Program-made: the position numbers and the translations under genes
Notes under the pieces: generated by a model
Databases searched by the model: none
What the model was told of the DNA's origin: nothing
Seen by the model: the letters and a program-made list of their open reading frames with translations, nothing else
Assembly: GCA_002438785.1 (NCBI GenBank)
Contig: DJQS01000011.1
Coordinates: 27,996 to 91,995, forward strand
Origin: Bacillales bacterium UBA6380
GTDB lineage: Bacteria; Bacillota_I; Bacilli_A; RFN20; CAG-826
Length of the DNA stretch: 64,000 nucleotides
Direction: 5' to 3'
Shown here: piece by piece, positions 20,820-32,026 of the stretch
How the letters are laid out: every line of letters begins with the position of its first letter
Position numbering within the stretch: the stretch's first letter is position 1

Positions 20820-21208
20820 TTCGAAACCTCATTTTTTAATCTTTCATACAATTTATAACTAATAAATCCATTTTCATATAAACCATTAATAAAATTTATT
20901 TTAGTAGAATTATAGTATAAATCTAGTATATTTTTAGCTTTTTGTTCTATTCCTTTACTATCGAAAAACTTCAAGTTTCTATCATATAAATAAATAAGAT
21001 TATCTATAAATCCATCGTTATTTAAAATTAAAATAACATGAGTATGTGGATTTAAATAAGCACGAGATGTAGAATCAGAACTAACAAAAATTAAGTTCTT
21101 CAAACTATTGATTTTCTTCTTTTTTTTGTAAATATGATAATAATTATCATTAAGTATTTGATTATTATTCCTACTTTTATAAAGTGTTTTTAATATTGAA
21201 AATGCCAT
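20816..21208 (-). CDS. Hypothetical protein (130 aa, no recognisable family) inserted between rsmE and mtaB
   Basis: ORF with the same codon usage as its neighbours. Its 4-nt overlaps with both flanking genes suggest translational coupling. Confidence 0.45.
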   Translation of the reverse strand: MAFSILKTLYKSRNNNQILNDNYYHIYKKKKKINSLKNLIFVSSDSTSRAYLNPHTHVILILNNDGFIDNLIYLYDRNLKFFDSKGIEQKAKNILDLYYNSTKINFINGLYENGFISYKLYERLKNEVSK

Positions 21209-21213
21209 AGTAA

Positions 21214-21930
21214 TTAATCCTCGAATTCATAAGATAATACACTCATTAAGTAAATGCAACTTGTTTCACTTCTTAATATTCTTTTACCTAAGGAAATCTC
21301 TTTAAACTTATAATTAATGGCAGTTTTTACTTCATCTTTAGAAAAACCACCTTCAGGTCCAATTAAAATAGATATAGATTTTCCATCAAATTTATGCAAA
21401 ATTTGTTTAAGATCACTTATAGTTCCTTTATAATTTTCATAAGCTATCAAATTTAAATCGCATACAAACTTTTCAATGTCTTTAAAATCAATTACGTCGA
21501 GAATTTTAGGAATAAAACTTCTTTTACATTGTTCAGTTGCTTCCTTTAAAATTTTATTAAATCTAAATATTTTTTTCTCTTTGTTTTCTTTAGTTATTTT
21601 AGCAATACAACGACTAGAATTAATTAAAACAATATTTTTAACACCTAACTCAGTGACTTTTTGTAAAACTAAATCTATTTTATCGCCTTTAGGCAAACAA
21701 TAAAGTAGTGTAATATCAACATTTAGTTCTCTATTTTCATTATATTTTGATAATATTTCAAATTTAAAAGGGGAAAGTGATATTATTTTGGATAAATAAA
21801 TATCCCCATCATTATTAATTTCAAATTGATCATTAACGCCCATCCTCATTACATGCGTTATGTGAAAAATATCATCCTTTGAAAGGATGATATCATCACA
21901 ATTTTTAAAAGACACAAAATATCTTTGCAT
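21214..21930 (-). CDS. rsmE: 16S rRNA (uracil1498-N3)-methyltransferase
   Basis: 238 aa with an N-terminal PUA-like domain and a C-terminal SPOUT knot region (GPEGGFS). Confidence 0.8.
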   Translation of the reverse strand: MQRYFVSFKNCDDIILSKDDIFHITHVMRMGVNDQFEINNDGDIYLSKIISLSPFKFEILSKYNENRELNVDITLLYCLPKGDKIDLVLQKVTELGVKNIVLINSSRCIAKITKENKEKKIFRFNKILKEATEQCKRSFIPKILDVIDFKDIEKFVCDLNLIAYENYKGTISDLKQILHKFDGKSISILIGPEGGFSKDEVKTAINYKFKEISLGKRILRSETSCIYLMSVLSYEFED

Positions 21931-21931
21931 A

Positions 21932-22387
21932 TTATTTTAAAAATACACCATTTGAATCTTTTTTATTTTTCTTAAATAAAGATACAATACCAATTATAAA
22001 ATACACAGCAAATAAAATTACAAAAGGTAGAATTAAACTCATAATTAAATTAAATAAACTAAATTTATTTACAAAGAAAAATAAACAGAATAAGCCAGCA
22101 TACAAAATAAAATTAATAAATAGTCTTAAAAGCCCCTCTTTAATGAATCCTAAATAAAATGAATCAACTCCAAAAATCCCTAGAAACATCAATAAAAGTG
22201 AATTGATTTTTTTAGAATGTTGAACGAAATTAGAATCAGTATTACTATCATCACATGTATCAATTACTTGTGTTATATCACATGTGACAGAGTTTACTCC
22301 TTCTAAAGGATTAACACCTCCACAATAAGGGCATCTATCTTTATCAAACTTTGAAATATTTTTATGACAATACTTACATTTAGGCAT
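21932..22387 (-). CDS. Zinc-ribbon / TM2-domain membrane protein
   Basis: N-terminal CKYC...CPYCG zinc ribbon followed by a GIFGVDSFYLG TM2-domain signature and two TM helices. Confidence 0.55.
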   Translation of the reverse strand: MPKCKYCHKNISKFDKDRCPYCGGVNPLEGVNSVTCDITQVIDTCDDSNTDSNFVQHSKKINSLLLMFLGIFGVDSFYLGFIKEGLLRLFINFILYAGLFCLFFFVNKFSLFNLIMSLILPFVILFAVYFIIGIVSLFKKNKKDSNGVFLK

Positions 22388-22420
22388 AATTACTCCTACA
22401 TTAAGTATATATAAAGAAGC

Positions 22421-23578
22421 TTATTTTTTAAATGCTTTTTTAAATTTATCAAACCAATTTTCATTATTACCAGATAGTGATTTAAATTTAACTAATAAAT
22501 CTTTTTGTTCTTTAGTTAATTTTGTTGGCGTTTTAACATTAAGATGGATGAATTCATCACCATATCTATCACTTCTAAGGTCTTTTACACCCTTACCTTT
22601 TAATCTAAGAATAGCATTAGGTTGAGTTCCAGCAGGAATTTCTACTTCGCATTCGCCACTAATAGTTGGCACAACTATTTTAGTTCCCAAACATACATCG
22701 ACAAAATCAATAGGAACATTTAAATGAATATCATTCCCATCACGTTGAAATTGATCATGAGGCTGAACCATGACTTCAATATATAGATCACCATTTTCTC
22801 CGCCATTTTCGCCGCGTGCACCCTTACCTGGGACTCTAATCTGCTGACCATTATTTATTCCTTTTGGTATATTAATATCAATATCTTTTTTAACCTTAAT
22901 ATAGCCTTTCCCATTACAATTCGGACATTTTTCACGTATAATTTTTCCTGTTCCATGACAAGTAGGACATTCGCTTTCAGATTGCATCATACCAAAAATT
23001 GTTCTTTGCTGCGTAATGACTCTTCCACTACCATGACAATCAGGACATGTATCATAAGCTGTGCCATTTTTTGCCCCAGTTCCATTACAATCAGGACATG
23101 TTTCTTCATAACTTAAAGGTATCGTAACTTTAGTTCCATTAACAGCATCCATAAATTTAATACGGATACGCATCAATGTGTCTTCACCTCTAGATGGTTG
23201 TTGAGAATAACTCCTTCTAGATGAACGTGAACTTCTTCCAAAACCTCCAAACATGCTTTGAAGAATATCATTCAAATCGCCAAAATCGCCACCATTAAAA
23301 TTAAATCCTTCAAAACCACTTCCATTGAATGGATTTGAACCACCGGCATTTTGATCAAATGCAGCTTGTCCGAATTGATCATATGTTTTTCTTTTATTTT
23401 CATCGCCCAAAACACTATAAGCTTCAGATGCCTCTTTAAATTTTTCAGCATCACCAGTTTCTTTATTATCAGGGTGATACTTTTTAGCTAATTTTCTATA
23501 AGCACTTTTAATCTCATCTTGCGTCGCACTTTTATCTACACCAAGAACTTCATAATAATCTCTTTTTTGTGTGGCCAT
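22421..23578 (-). CDS. dnaJ: Chaperone DnaJ
   Basis: J-domain HPD motif (KYHPDNK), a G/F-rich linker, and four CxxCxGxG zinc-finger repeats. 385 aa. Confidence 0.95.
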   Translation of the reverse strand: MATQKRDYYEVLGVDKSATQDEIKSAYRKLAKKYHPDNKETGDAEKFKEASEAYSVLGDENKRKTYDQFGQAAFDQNAGGSNPFNGSGFEGFNFNGGDFGDLNDILQSMFGGFGRSSRSSRRSYSQQPSRGEDTLMRIRIKFMDAVNGTKVTIPLSYEETCPDCNGTGAKNGTAYDTCPDCHGSGRVITQQRTIFGMMQSESECPTCHGTGKIIREKCPNCNGKGYIKVKKDIDINIPKGINNGQQIRVPGKGARGENGGENGDLYIEVMVQPHDQFQRDGNDIHLNVPIDFVDVCLGTKIVVPTISGECEVEIPAGTQPNAILRLKGKGVKDLRSDRYGDEFIHLNVKTPTKLTKEQKDLLVKFKSLSGNNENWFDKFKKAFKK

Positions 23579-23598
23579 AAAATCTCCTTAACAAACTT

Positions 23599-23621
23599 AA
23601 GGGAAGTCATTAGCTTCCCTT
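23599..23621. other. Stem-loop in the dnaK-dnaJ intergenic spacer (possible attenuator or processing site)
   Basis: AAGGGAAG-tcattag-CTTCCCTT perfect 8-bp inverted repeat. No strong T-run on the transcribed strand. Confidence 0.35.
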
Positions 23622-23640
23622 ATTTTAAAAATCTAATCTA

Positions 23641-25533
<1,893 letters not shown>

Positions 25534-26133
25534 TTAAGCAATTTTATTAGTAGTTTCAGCACTACTTTCATTTTTTACATCATCATTATGATCTTCTTTA
25601 GCAGGGTGTTTACTCACAACAACCATAGCAGGTCTAATTAAATGATCATGTAACTTATAACCTTTCATATGAACTTCTTTTACAAGATGTTCATCACCTT
25701 CATCATCAATAGTTTGAACGCATTGCATAGTAGCCTCTGAAAATTTAGAATTAATTGCAGGATCAATAACTTCAACTCCTTCTTCATTAAGAAGATTTAA
25801 TAATTGAGTATGAACATATTTAAATCCTTGCAAATAATTTTTAAGTTCAGTTGTTGAAGGTTCTACTTTGAATGCCATATCAAACGCATCAAGTATACTA
25901 ATTAATTTATCTACAAAACCTTCGACACGATATTTAATGACATCCTTATGATCTCTCTCAATTTCTTTTCGAAGATTTGCAATATCTGCATAAACACGAT
26001 AGTAATCATTTTTCCAATGTTCGCAATCATTTTTAACTTTTGCGATTTCTTCATCCTTTTTAGAAAGTTGTTCTTTTAAAGAACTAATCTCTTTGCTTCC
26101 TTCTTTTTCGTTTTTTTCATCACTATTTTTCAT
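25534..26133 (-). CDS. grpE: Nucleotide exchange factor GrpE
   Basis: 199 aa with a coiled-coil N-terminus and a C-terminal beta domain. Lies between hrcA and dnaK. Confidence 0.9.
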   Translation of the reverse strand: MKNSDEKNEKEGSKEISSLKEQLSKKDEEIAKVKNDCEHWKNDYYRVYADIANLRKEIERDHKDVIKYRVEGFVDKLISILDAFDMAFKVEPSTTELKNYLQGFKYVHTQLLNLLNEEGVEVIDPAINSKFSEATMQCVQTIDDEGDEHLVKEVHMKGYKLHDHLIRPAMVVVSKHPAKEDHNDDVKNESSAETTNKIA

Positions 26134-26147
26134 TTATCCACTACCTC

Positions 26148-27155
26148 CTATTTATTCATGTGAGCAAGTATCTCAGTAACAATATAATCAAGATAATTAA
26201 TAACCTTATCATAATCCATTCTCTTAGGACCAATAACAGCTATCTTACCAACATTTTTCTTGTCCCCAGGAAAATTAATTTCCTTTGATATAATAGAAAC
26301 ATTGCCATCAAGATTATTATCATCTTGAGATATAAATAACTGCTCATTAGAATTAGTTATAATTTCCTCAAGTTTAATAGGATCATCGAATAAACCAAGA
26401 ACCTTCTTTATCTCCTGAGCATCATTACTAAACTCAGGCTGTTTTAGTAAATTAGATTTACCGATTACCTCGCTACGATTAGTGGCAAACTCACAAAATA
26501 ATTTAAGTAATGCATTATATAAATTACTATAATCATTTATATAATTTTCTAATAAAGGTTTCATCTCTTTTAATTTAGCGACCAAATCTTTAATTAGAGT
26601 TCCCTTTAATCTCTCATCTAATAATTTCAAACATTTCTCAATATCACTCATTTTATTCTTTTTAGAAATAATAAATGTCTTATTTTCGACATAACCCGAA
26701 TCGGTTACAAAAAGTACTGTACAAGTCACGTCGTTAATAGGAACTAAATGAATATCAATCAATCTTTCATTATCAGCACGAGGTCCTAGAACGACACTAG
26801 TTAAATTCGTCATATGAGACAATATTGCGCAGCTCTCTTTAAGGACATCCTCGATAGATTTAGATGAATCAAATATATTTTTTAATTCATTCTTAAACTT
26901 ACTATCTACTGATGAATTTCTTAAATTTTCTACGTAATATCTATAGCCATTAGCACTAGGAACACGACCACTACTAGTATGTGTTTTTTCAATAAGTCCC
27001 TCATTTTCAAGCGTTTGCATATCATTTCTTATAGTAGCACTAGACCAACGTAATCCATATTTTTCTATTAAATACTTACTACTAATAGGTTTAGCTGTCC
27101 TTATGAAATCTTCTACTATGAGTTTTAATATTTCTTGCTTTCTTGTAAGACTCAT
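26148..27155 (-). CDS. hrcA: Heat-inducible transcription repressor HrcA
   Basis: N-terminal winged HTH (ISSKYLIEKYGLRWSSATIRNDM), 335 aa. First gene of the hrcA-grpE-dnaK-dnaJ operon, preceded by CIRCE operators. Confidence 0.9.
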   Translation of the reverse strand: MSLTRKQEILKLIVEDFIRTAKPISSKYLIEKYGLRWSSATIRNDMQTLENEGLIEKTHTSSGRVPSANGYRYYVENLRNSSVDSKFKNELKNIFDSSKSIEDVLKESCAILSHMTNLTSVVLGPRADNERLIDIHLVPINDVTCTVLFVTDSGYVENKTFIISKKNKMSDIEKCLKLLDERLKGTLIKDLVAKLKEMKPLLENYINDYSNLYNALLKLFCEFATNRSEVIGKSNLLKQPEFSNDAQEIKKVLGLFDDPIKLEEIITNSNEQLFISQDDNNLDGNVSIISKEINFPGDKKNVGKIAVIGPKRMDYDKVINYLDYIVTEILAHMNK

Positions 27156-27171
27156 TTTATAGACACCTCCA

Positions 27172-27198
27172 CTAGCACTCTTTTTCTCTAAGTGCTAA
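27172..27198. promoter_or_regulatory. CIRCE operator (HrcA binding site) number 1
   Basis: cTAGCACTC-N9-aAGTGCTAA against the consensus TTAGCACTC-N9-GAGTGCTAA. It lies just downstream of the predicted -10 element. Confidence 0.8.
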
Positions 27199-27202
27199 CA
27201 CT

Positions 27203-27231
27203 ATATTACGCTTATTTATTAGCAGTGTCAA
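27203..27231 (-). promoter_or_regulatory. Sigma-A type promoter of the hrcA operon
   Basis: On the minus strand: TTGACA (27231..27226), a 17-bp spacer, then TAATAT (27208..27203). The predicted TSS falls inside CIRCE number 1. Confidence 0.5.
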
Positions 27232-27245
27232 TATGTTAGTGCTAA
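27219..27245. promoter_or_regulatory. Second, more degenerate CIRCE-like inverted repeat overlapping the -35 region
   Basis: TTAGCAgTg-N9-tAGTGCTAA with the same 9-9-9 geometry as CIRCE. Confidence 0.5.
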
Positions 27246-27340
27246 TTTTTTTAAAAATATTTTTTATTCACAAAATTCTTAAAAAGAAGATTAATTAGTT
27301 ATTAATTAGTATAATTTTAGTATAAAAATAGTAATATTCA

Positions 27341-28447
27341 CTAAATTTTGGCAAAAAAACTTAAAATAATTTTATCTAAAATAGCCATTCCATTATGATT
27401 AGCAACAATTGATTCTTTATTTATAATTATCAAATTTTCATCTTTTAATTTTTTTATTTCACGATCGTATTTTTTATTAAAATCAATTGAAAATCTTTTA
27501 TTAAATTCTTTAAAATTTATTCCTTTATTAGTTCTTAAATTAAGCATTATATATTCTTCTTCTTGTTCACTTTTAGATAATTTTTCTATAAAGTCGATAT
27601 TATTCGTGTCGGATATGTATTTGTCTAAATTCTTAGTAAATGAATAACGCTCATCATTAATATATCCAAAAGCTCCCAACCCTATACCTAAAAATTCATT
27701 ATCATGCCAATAATTAAAATTGTGTTTGCTTTCATATCCTGGTTTAGAAAAATTACTAATTTCATAATGAATAAAATTATTTTCAATTAATTTTTTGCAA
27801 ATCAAATCATAGTATTTACGATTTAAATCTTCATCAATTTCTTTTATTTTCTTATTATAAAAAATAGTCCCCGGATTGATTGTAAGACTATAAATTGAAA
27901 TATGATTTACATCTAATTTTAAAAAATTGTCTAAATTATTTTCTATAGTAACTTCATCTTCTCCAGGTAATCCATAAATAAAATCAAGATTTATATTTTG
28001 AATATATTTTTTTGTTATCGATATTATTTTTGTAAAATCTGTTTTTTTTCTATTTAACTCACTTAATGTTGCTTCATTAAAACTTTGCACCCCTATCGAA
28101 ATGCGATTAACACCATAACGAGTTATTAATTTAAGAAAGGAATCGTTAATATCTTCTGGATTTGCTTCTATAGTAAATTCAGCATTACTATATTTTAAAT
28201 CTTGTAAAAATACTAATATTCTTTCTAAATTAAAAAAGGATAGACACGAAGGTGTCCCTCCTCCAATATAAATTGTTTTAAATTTATCAAATTTTCTTTT
28301 AACGCAATTAATGTCATTTAACAATTTATCGATATATTTATCCTCAAAGCTTTGATTTTTTATAATTTTAGTAAAATCACAATAAGGGCAAATATTTCTA
28401 CAAAAAGGTATATGAATATATAAACTATTTATCTTTTTTTTCTCCAT
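27341..28447 (-). CDS. hemW: Radical SAM heme chaperone HemW (coproporphyrinogen-III oxidase-like, HemN paralog). The ORF extends to 28495.
   Basis: CPYC radical-SAM motif after YIHIPFC and a HemN C-terminal domain. Lies between lepA and hrcA as in Bacillus. The start is ambiguous: either MMKIRK or the internal MEKKK. Confidence 0.8.
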   Translation of the reverse strand: MEKKKINSLYIHIPFCRNICPYCDFTKIIKNQSFEDKYIDKLLNDINCVKRKFDKFKTIYIGGGTPSCLSFFNLERILVFLQDLKYSNAEFTIEANPEDINDSFLKLITRYGVNRISIGVQSFNEATLSELNRKKTDFTKIISITKKYIQNINLDFIYGLPGEDEVTIENNLDNFLKLDVNHISIYSLTINPGTIFYNKKIKEIDEDLNRKYYDLICKKLIENNFIHYEISNFSKPGYESKHNFNYWHDNEFLGIGLGAFGYINDERYSFTKNLDKYISDTNNIDFIEKLSKSEQEEEYIMLNLRTNKGINFKEFNKRFSIDFNKKYDREIKKLKDENLIIINKESIVANHNGMAILDKIILSFFAKI

Positions 28448-28685
28448 TTGTTTCCTTTTCATATTCTTCAAATTGCTTTTTCGTATCTTCATCATCTACA
28501 GGTTCAAGGAAACGATCTAGGTCTTCTTGAATTGCTTGCTCTTGTTTTGGCTTTTCATCACTTTCCTTTTTATTAATAACGAACTTTCTTAATAAAAAAA
28601 CAAGAAAAGCTATAATTCCAAACGTGGCTATTAATAATAATAAAATAATTCCTGGGTTTGTCCAAATACTATTAGATAAAAACAT
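28425..28685 (-). CDS. Small single-pass membrane protein with an acidic C-terminal tail (hypothetical)
   Basis: 86 aa with one hydrophobic helix (IILLLLIATFGIIAFLVFLL) then a D/E/K-rich tail. Overlaps the 5' end of the hemW ORF. Confidence 0.4.
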   Translation of the reverse strand: MFLSNSIWTNPGIILLLLIATFGIIAFLVFLLRKFVINKKESDEKPKQEQAIQEDLDRFLEPVDDEDTKKQFEEYEKETNGEKKDK

Positions 28686-28703
28686 ATTTTTTCTCCTTTA
28701 ACT

Positions 28704-30107
28704 TTATTTTTTGCGAACTGGTGTATAAATATATTTATTTTTTAAAGGCTCTTTACTATAAAAGCCAAGATAAACTAAGCCATCCATACTAGTTCGTGCA
28801 GTCTCATAAGCGCAATTTAAACATTTTTTATACTGAGAAATTGTGTATTTCATTCCTAAAGTGCAATGTCTAGCATAAAAATAAGCTTGTCCATTTGATA
28901 AACTTGGGTAAAGTTCTTTTAAGTGATTTTCTAATTTTTTTGCCTCTTCTTCATTTAAGCCTTCTGGCAAAGAATTAATTGCAATATTCTTATTATAAAT
29001 TAAAGTTGGCTGACCATTAGTTGGCAAAGTAGCTTGTTCATTTTGCAAATTGTCTTCATTATTTTGAATAATTTGATTCTTTTGTTCGGTTTTAGATTTA
29101 GCGTCTTCATGACTAATATCCAAAGCATAATTTTCATTAAAAATATCACTTTTCTTACTCAATACTAATTTATCGACAAAGTCGTCTATTCTAGGTTCTA
29201 AAATTCTGAAAACATAGTCTAAAAAATAAGTTAAATCAAAACTTTTTTGTGACTCAGTTAAAGCCTTTTCTAAATTATCATTATCATTTAATAAGCATTC
29301 AAAGTTAAATAAAGAAGCTACACTTTCTAAATCATTATACGCTAATATTTGTTTAAATAATAGAATTGCAATTTCCTCATTATAAACTTCGAAAGGTTTT
29401 ATATAATAGCAAAAATAAAGTGTACAAACACTTTTCAAAATCGGAGAAATTTTAACATTATTTATAAAATTAAATAGATTATTCATTGAATTTTCAATTT
29501 TATTATGAGGGATACCAAAATATATTTTGTTTACTAATACTCTATTTAATCCATTATCTATTTCTTTAGTTCGATAGAATTCGGTTAATTCATTAGTACC
29601 TAGTAAAATAGAATATAATTTAGCTAAAAAATCTTCATTAATATTTTGATTATAGTTCTTTTCAATTTCATTTAAAGCATTTAAATAATGCATTATTAAT
29701 ATTTCATTTGCTGAAAGTATGCTAGAATCATTAGTAATAATATTCTTTAATTTAGAATCATCTATATTAATTTTATATTTTTTTTCAATTTCTCGCAAAA
29801 TGTCATAAAATCTATCATTTGAAAATTTCTTTTTCCCTTCATAAGAAAGTTTAGAAAAATTAACCATGCAGCGTAATAATTTTCTTTCAATATTATTTAC
29901 TTTTTCAACTATTGCTGGAGCTAAACATATGGAATAGCTTGTGCCATCAATATGTTCTAAAGCTAAGGAATATGAAAAATTTGCTCTATATTCTAAAATT
30001 TGTTTCCAAATATTATCAATAATAGGTAGCTTCATAGCCTTAGCTACATCATTTTTGGTTGCATAATTTACATTTGTAAAACGCATTCCTAGTTCATTAT
30101 TTGCCAT
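28704..30107 (-). CDS. Fic-domain-like protein with a degenerate active-site motif (putative pseudo-Fic)
   Basis: aa 237-245 read KPFEVYNEE, aligned to the Fic HPFx[D/E]GNGR motif and followed by IAILLFKQIL, equivalent to the RxxRLL helix. His, Gly-Asn-Gly and Arg are all replaced. Confidence 0.4.
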   Translation of the reverse strand: MANNELGMRFTNVNYATKNDVAKAMKLPIIDNIWKQILEYRANFSYSLALEHIDGTSYSICLAPAIVEKVNNIERKLLRCMVNFSKLSYEGKKKFSNDRFYDILREIEKKYKINIDDSKLKNIITNDSSILSANEILIMHYLNALNEIEKNYNQNINEDFLAKLYSILLGTNELTEFYRTKEIDNGLNRVLVNKIYFGIPHNKIENSMNNLFNFINNVKISPILKSVCTLYFCYYIKPFEVYNEEIAILLFKQILAYNDLESVASLFNFECLLNDNDNLEKALTESQKSFDLTYFLDYVFRILEPRIDDFVDKLVLSKKSDIFNENYALDISHEDAKSKTEQKNQIIQNNEDNLQNEQATLPTNGQPTLIYNKNIAINSLPEGLNEEEAKKLENHLKELYPSLSNGQAYFYARHCTLGMKYTISQYKKCLNCAYETARTSMDGLVYLGFYSKEPLKNKYIYTPVRKK

Positions 30108-30164
30108 AAATTTTACCTTCTATTACTATTTTAATTCGGAATTTTAATTTTATCAATAATAATT

Positions 30165-30186
30165 CTAAAAATATACTAAAAATATA
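30165..30186. repeat. Direct repeat of two copies of CTAAAAATATA
   Basis: Visible tandem duplication in the lepA / Fic-like intergenic region. Confidence 0.4.
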
Positions 30187-30197
30187 CTAAAAAATTA

Positions 30198-32012
30198 CTA
30201 TTTCTCATCTTCATCTATTGAAAGCAAAGACATAAATGCTTCCTGTGGAAGTTCAACATTTCCAATTTGTTTCATTCTTTTTTTACCTTCTTTTTGTTTT
30301 TCTAGAAGTTTTCTTTTTCTTGAAATATCACCGCCATAACACTTTGCTAAAACATCCTTGCGCACTGCTTTAACATCAGCTCTGGCAATAACTTTTCCAT
30401 TAATTGAAGCTTGAATAGGAATTTCAAACTGTTGTCTAGGTATCACTTCTTTTAACTTGCTCACCAATTTTAATCCTCGATTATAAGCAAAAGGTTTATA
30501 AACAATTGTGCTTAATGCATCAACAGGTTCTCCATTTAGCAATATGTCCATTTTTACAAGATTAGATGGCTTATAATCCTCAATTTCATAATCAAGTGAA
30601 GCGTATCCCTTACTATAACTTTTTAATTTATCAAAAAAATTATAAATAATTTCGCTTAATGGAATACTGTAATAAAGAATCATTCTTGTATCATCAAAAT
30701 ATTCTAAATCATGATAGATTCCTCTTCGATCTTGGCATAGTTCCATAATAGGTCCAACATAATCTTTTGGCGTCATTATACTTACTTTAGCATATGGCTC
30801 TAAAATTTCTTTTACCAAAGTTAAATCTGGCATTTTACTTGGGTTATCAAGTTCAATTTGACTACCATCCGTTAGATTAATCTTATAAATTACGCTAGGT
30901 GCTGTAAGAATAATATCTAATAAATATTCTCGTTCAAGTCTTTCTTGAATAACATCCATATGTAATAAACCTAAAAATCCACATCGAAAGCCGAATCCAA
31001 GAGCTTGAGATGTCTCAGGTTCATATTTTAAACTACTATCATTCAAAGACAATTTTTCTAAAGCATCTTTAAGTTCTTGATATTTTCTACTATCAGTTGG
31101 ATAAATTCCACAATAAACCATAGGATTAATATTCCTATACCCTGGAAGAGCTTTATTTGCAGGATTACTAACAAGTGTTATAGTTTCGCCAACTCTTACT
31201 TCTTTAATGTCTTTAATTTGAGCACAAAGATATCCTACTTCGCCACAATAAAGAGAATCAGATTTAATTTCATTTGGTGTTCTAATACCAAGTTCAGTTA
31301 CTTCATATTCCTTATTTGCACGCATTAATTTGATTCTATCTCCAACTTTTATACATCCATCTTTAATTCTAATTAAAACAACAACTCCACGATAAGAATC
31401 ATAATAACTATCGAAAATTAAGGCTTGCAATGGACCGTTATTATCACCGCTTGGTGCAGGAATATCTGTAACTATTCTTTCTAATACCTCTTTTACATTT
31501 TCACCAGTTTTTGCACTTACCAAAATAGCATTATCACCATCAAGTCCAAGTCGTTCGGTAATTTCCTTTTTGCATACTTCAATCATTGCACTTTTAAGAT
31601 CAATTTTATTTATTACAGGTATTATTGTTAAATCGTTATCAACAGCTAAATACATATTTGCTAAAGTTTGTGCTTCAACACCTTGCGTAGCATCAATTAT
31701 TAAAAGAGCACCCTCACATGCTGCTAAGCTTCTACTAACTTCATATGTAAAATCAACATGCCCTGGAGTATCTATTAAATTAAAAATATATGATTCACCA
31801 TTTGTAGCTTTATATTCAATAGTTACTGCATTTAATTTGATTGTAATGCCTCGTTCTCTTTCTAATTCCATCGAATCAAGAATTTGATCTTTCATTTCTC
31901 TTTTAGTGATAGTATTTGTTAATTCTAAAATTCGATCAGCTAAAGTAGATTTTCCATGATCTATATGAGCAATTATACTAAAATTTCTAATATTTTCTTG
32001 TTTGTATTTCAT
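30198..32012 (-). CDS. lepA: Elongation factor 4 (LepA)
   Basis: GTP-binding [17 protein letters not shown] and NKID motifs, plus the LepA-specific C-terminal domain. 604 aa. Confidence 0.95.
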   Translation of the reverse strand: MKYKQENIRNFSIIAHIDHGKSTLADRILELTNTITKREMKDQILDSMELERERGITIKLNAVTIEYKATNGESYIFNLIDTPGHVDFTYEVSRSLAACEGALLIIDATQGVEAQTLANMYLAVDNDLTIIPVINKIDLKSAMIEVCKKEITERLGLDGDNAILVSAKTGENVKEVLERIVTDIPAPSGDNNGPLQALIFDSYYDSYRGVVVLIRIKDGCIKVGDRIKLMRANKEYEVTELGIRTPNEIKSDSLYCGEVGYLCAQIKDIKEVRVGETITLVSNPANKALPGYRNINPMVYCGIYPTDSRKYQELKDALEKLSLNDSSLKYEPETSQALGFGFRCGFLGLLHMDVIQERLEREYLLDIILTAPSVIYKINLTDGSQIELDNPSKMPDLTLVKEILEPYAKVSIMTPKDYVGPIMELCQDRRGIYHDLEYFDDTRMILYYSIPLSEIIYNFFDKLKSYSKGYASLDYEIEDYKPSNLVKMDILLNGEPVDALSTIVYKPFAYNRGLKLVSKLKEVIPRQQFEIPIQASINGKVIARADVKAVRKDVLAKCYGGDISRKRKLLEKQKEGKKRMKQIGNVELPQEAFMSLLSIDEDEK

Positions 32013-32026
32013 ATCTTTCTATTATA

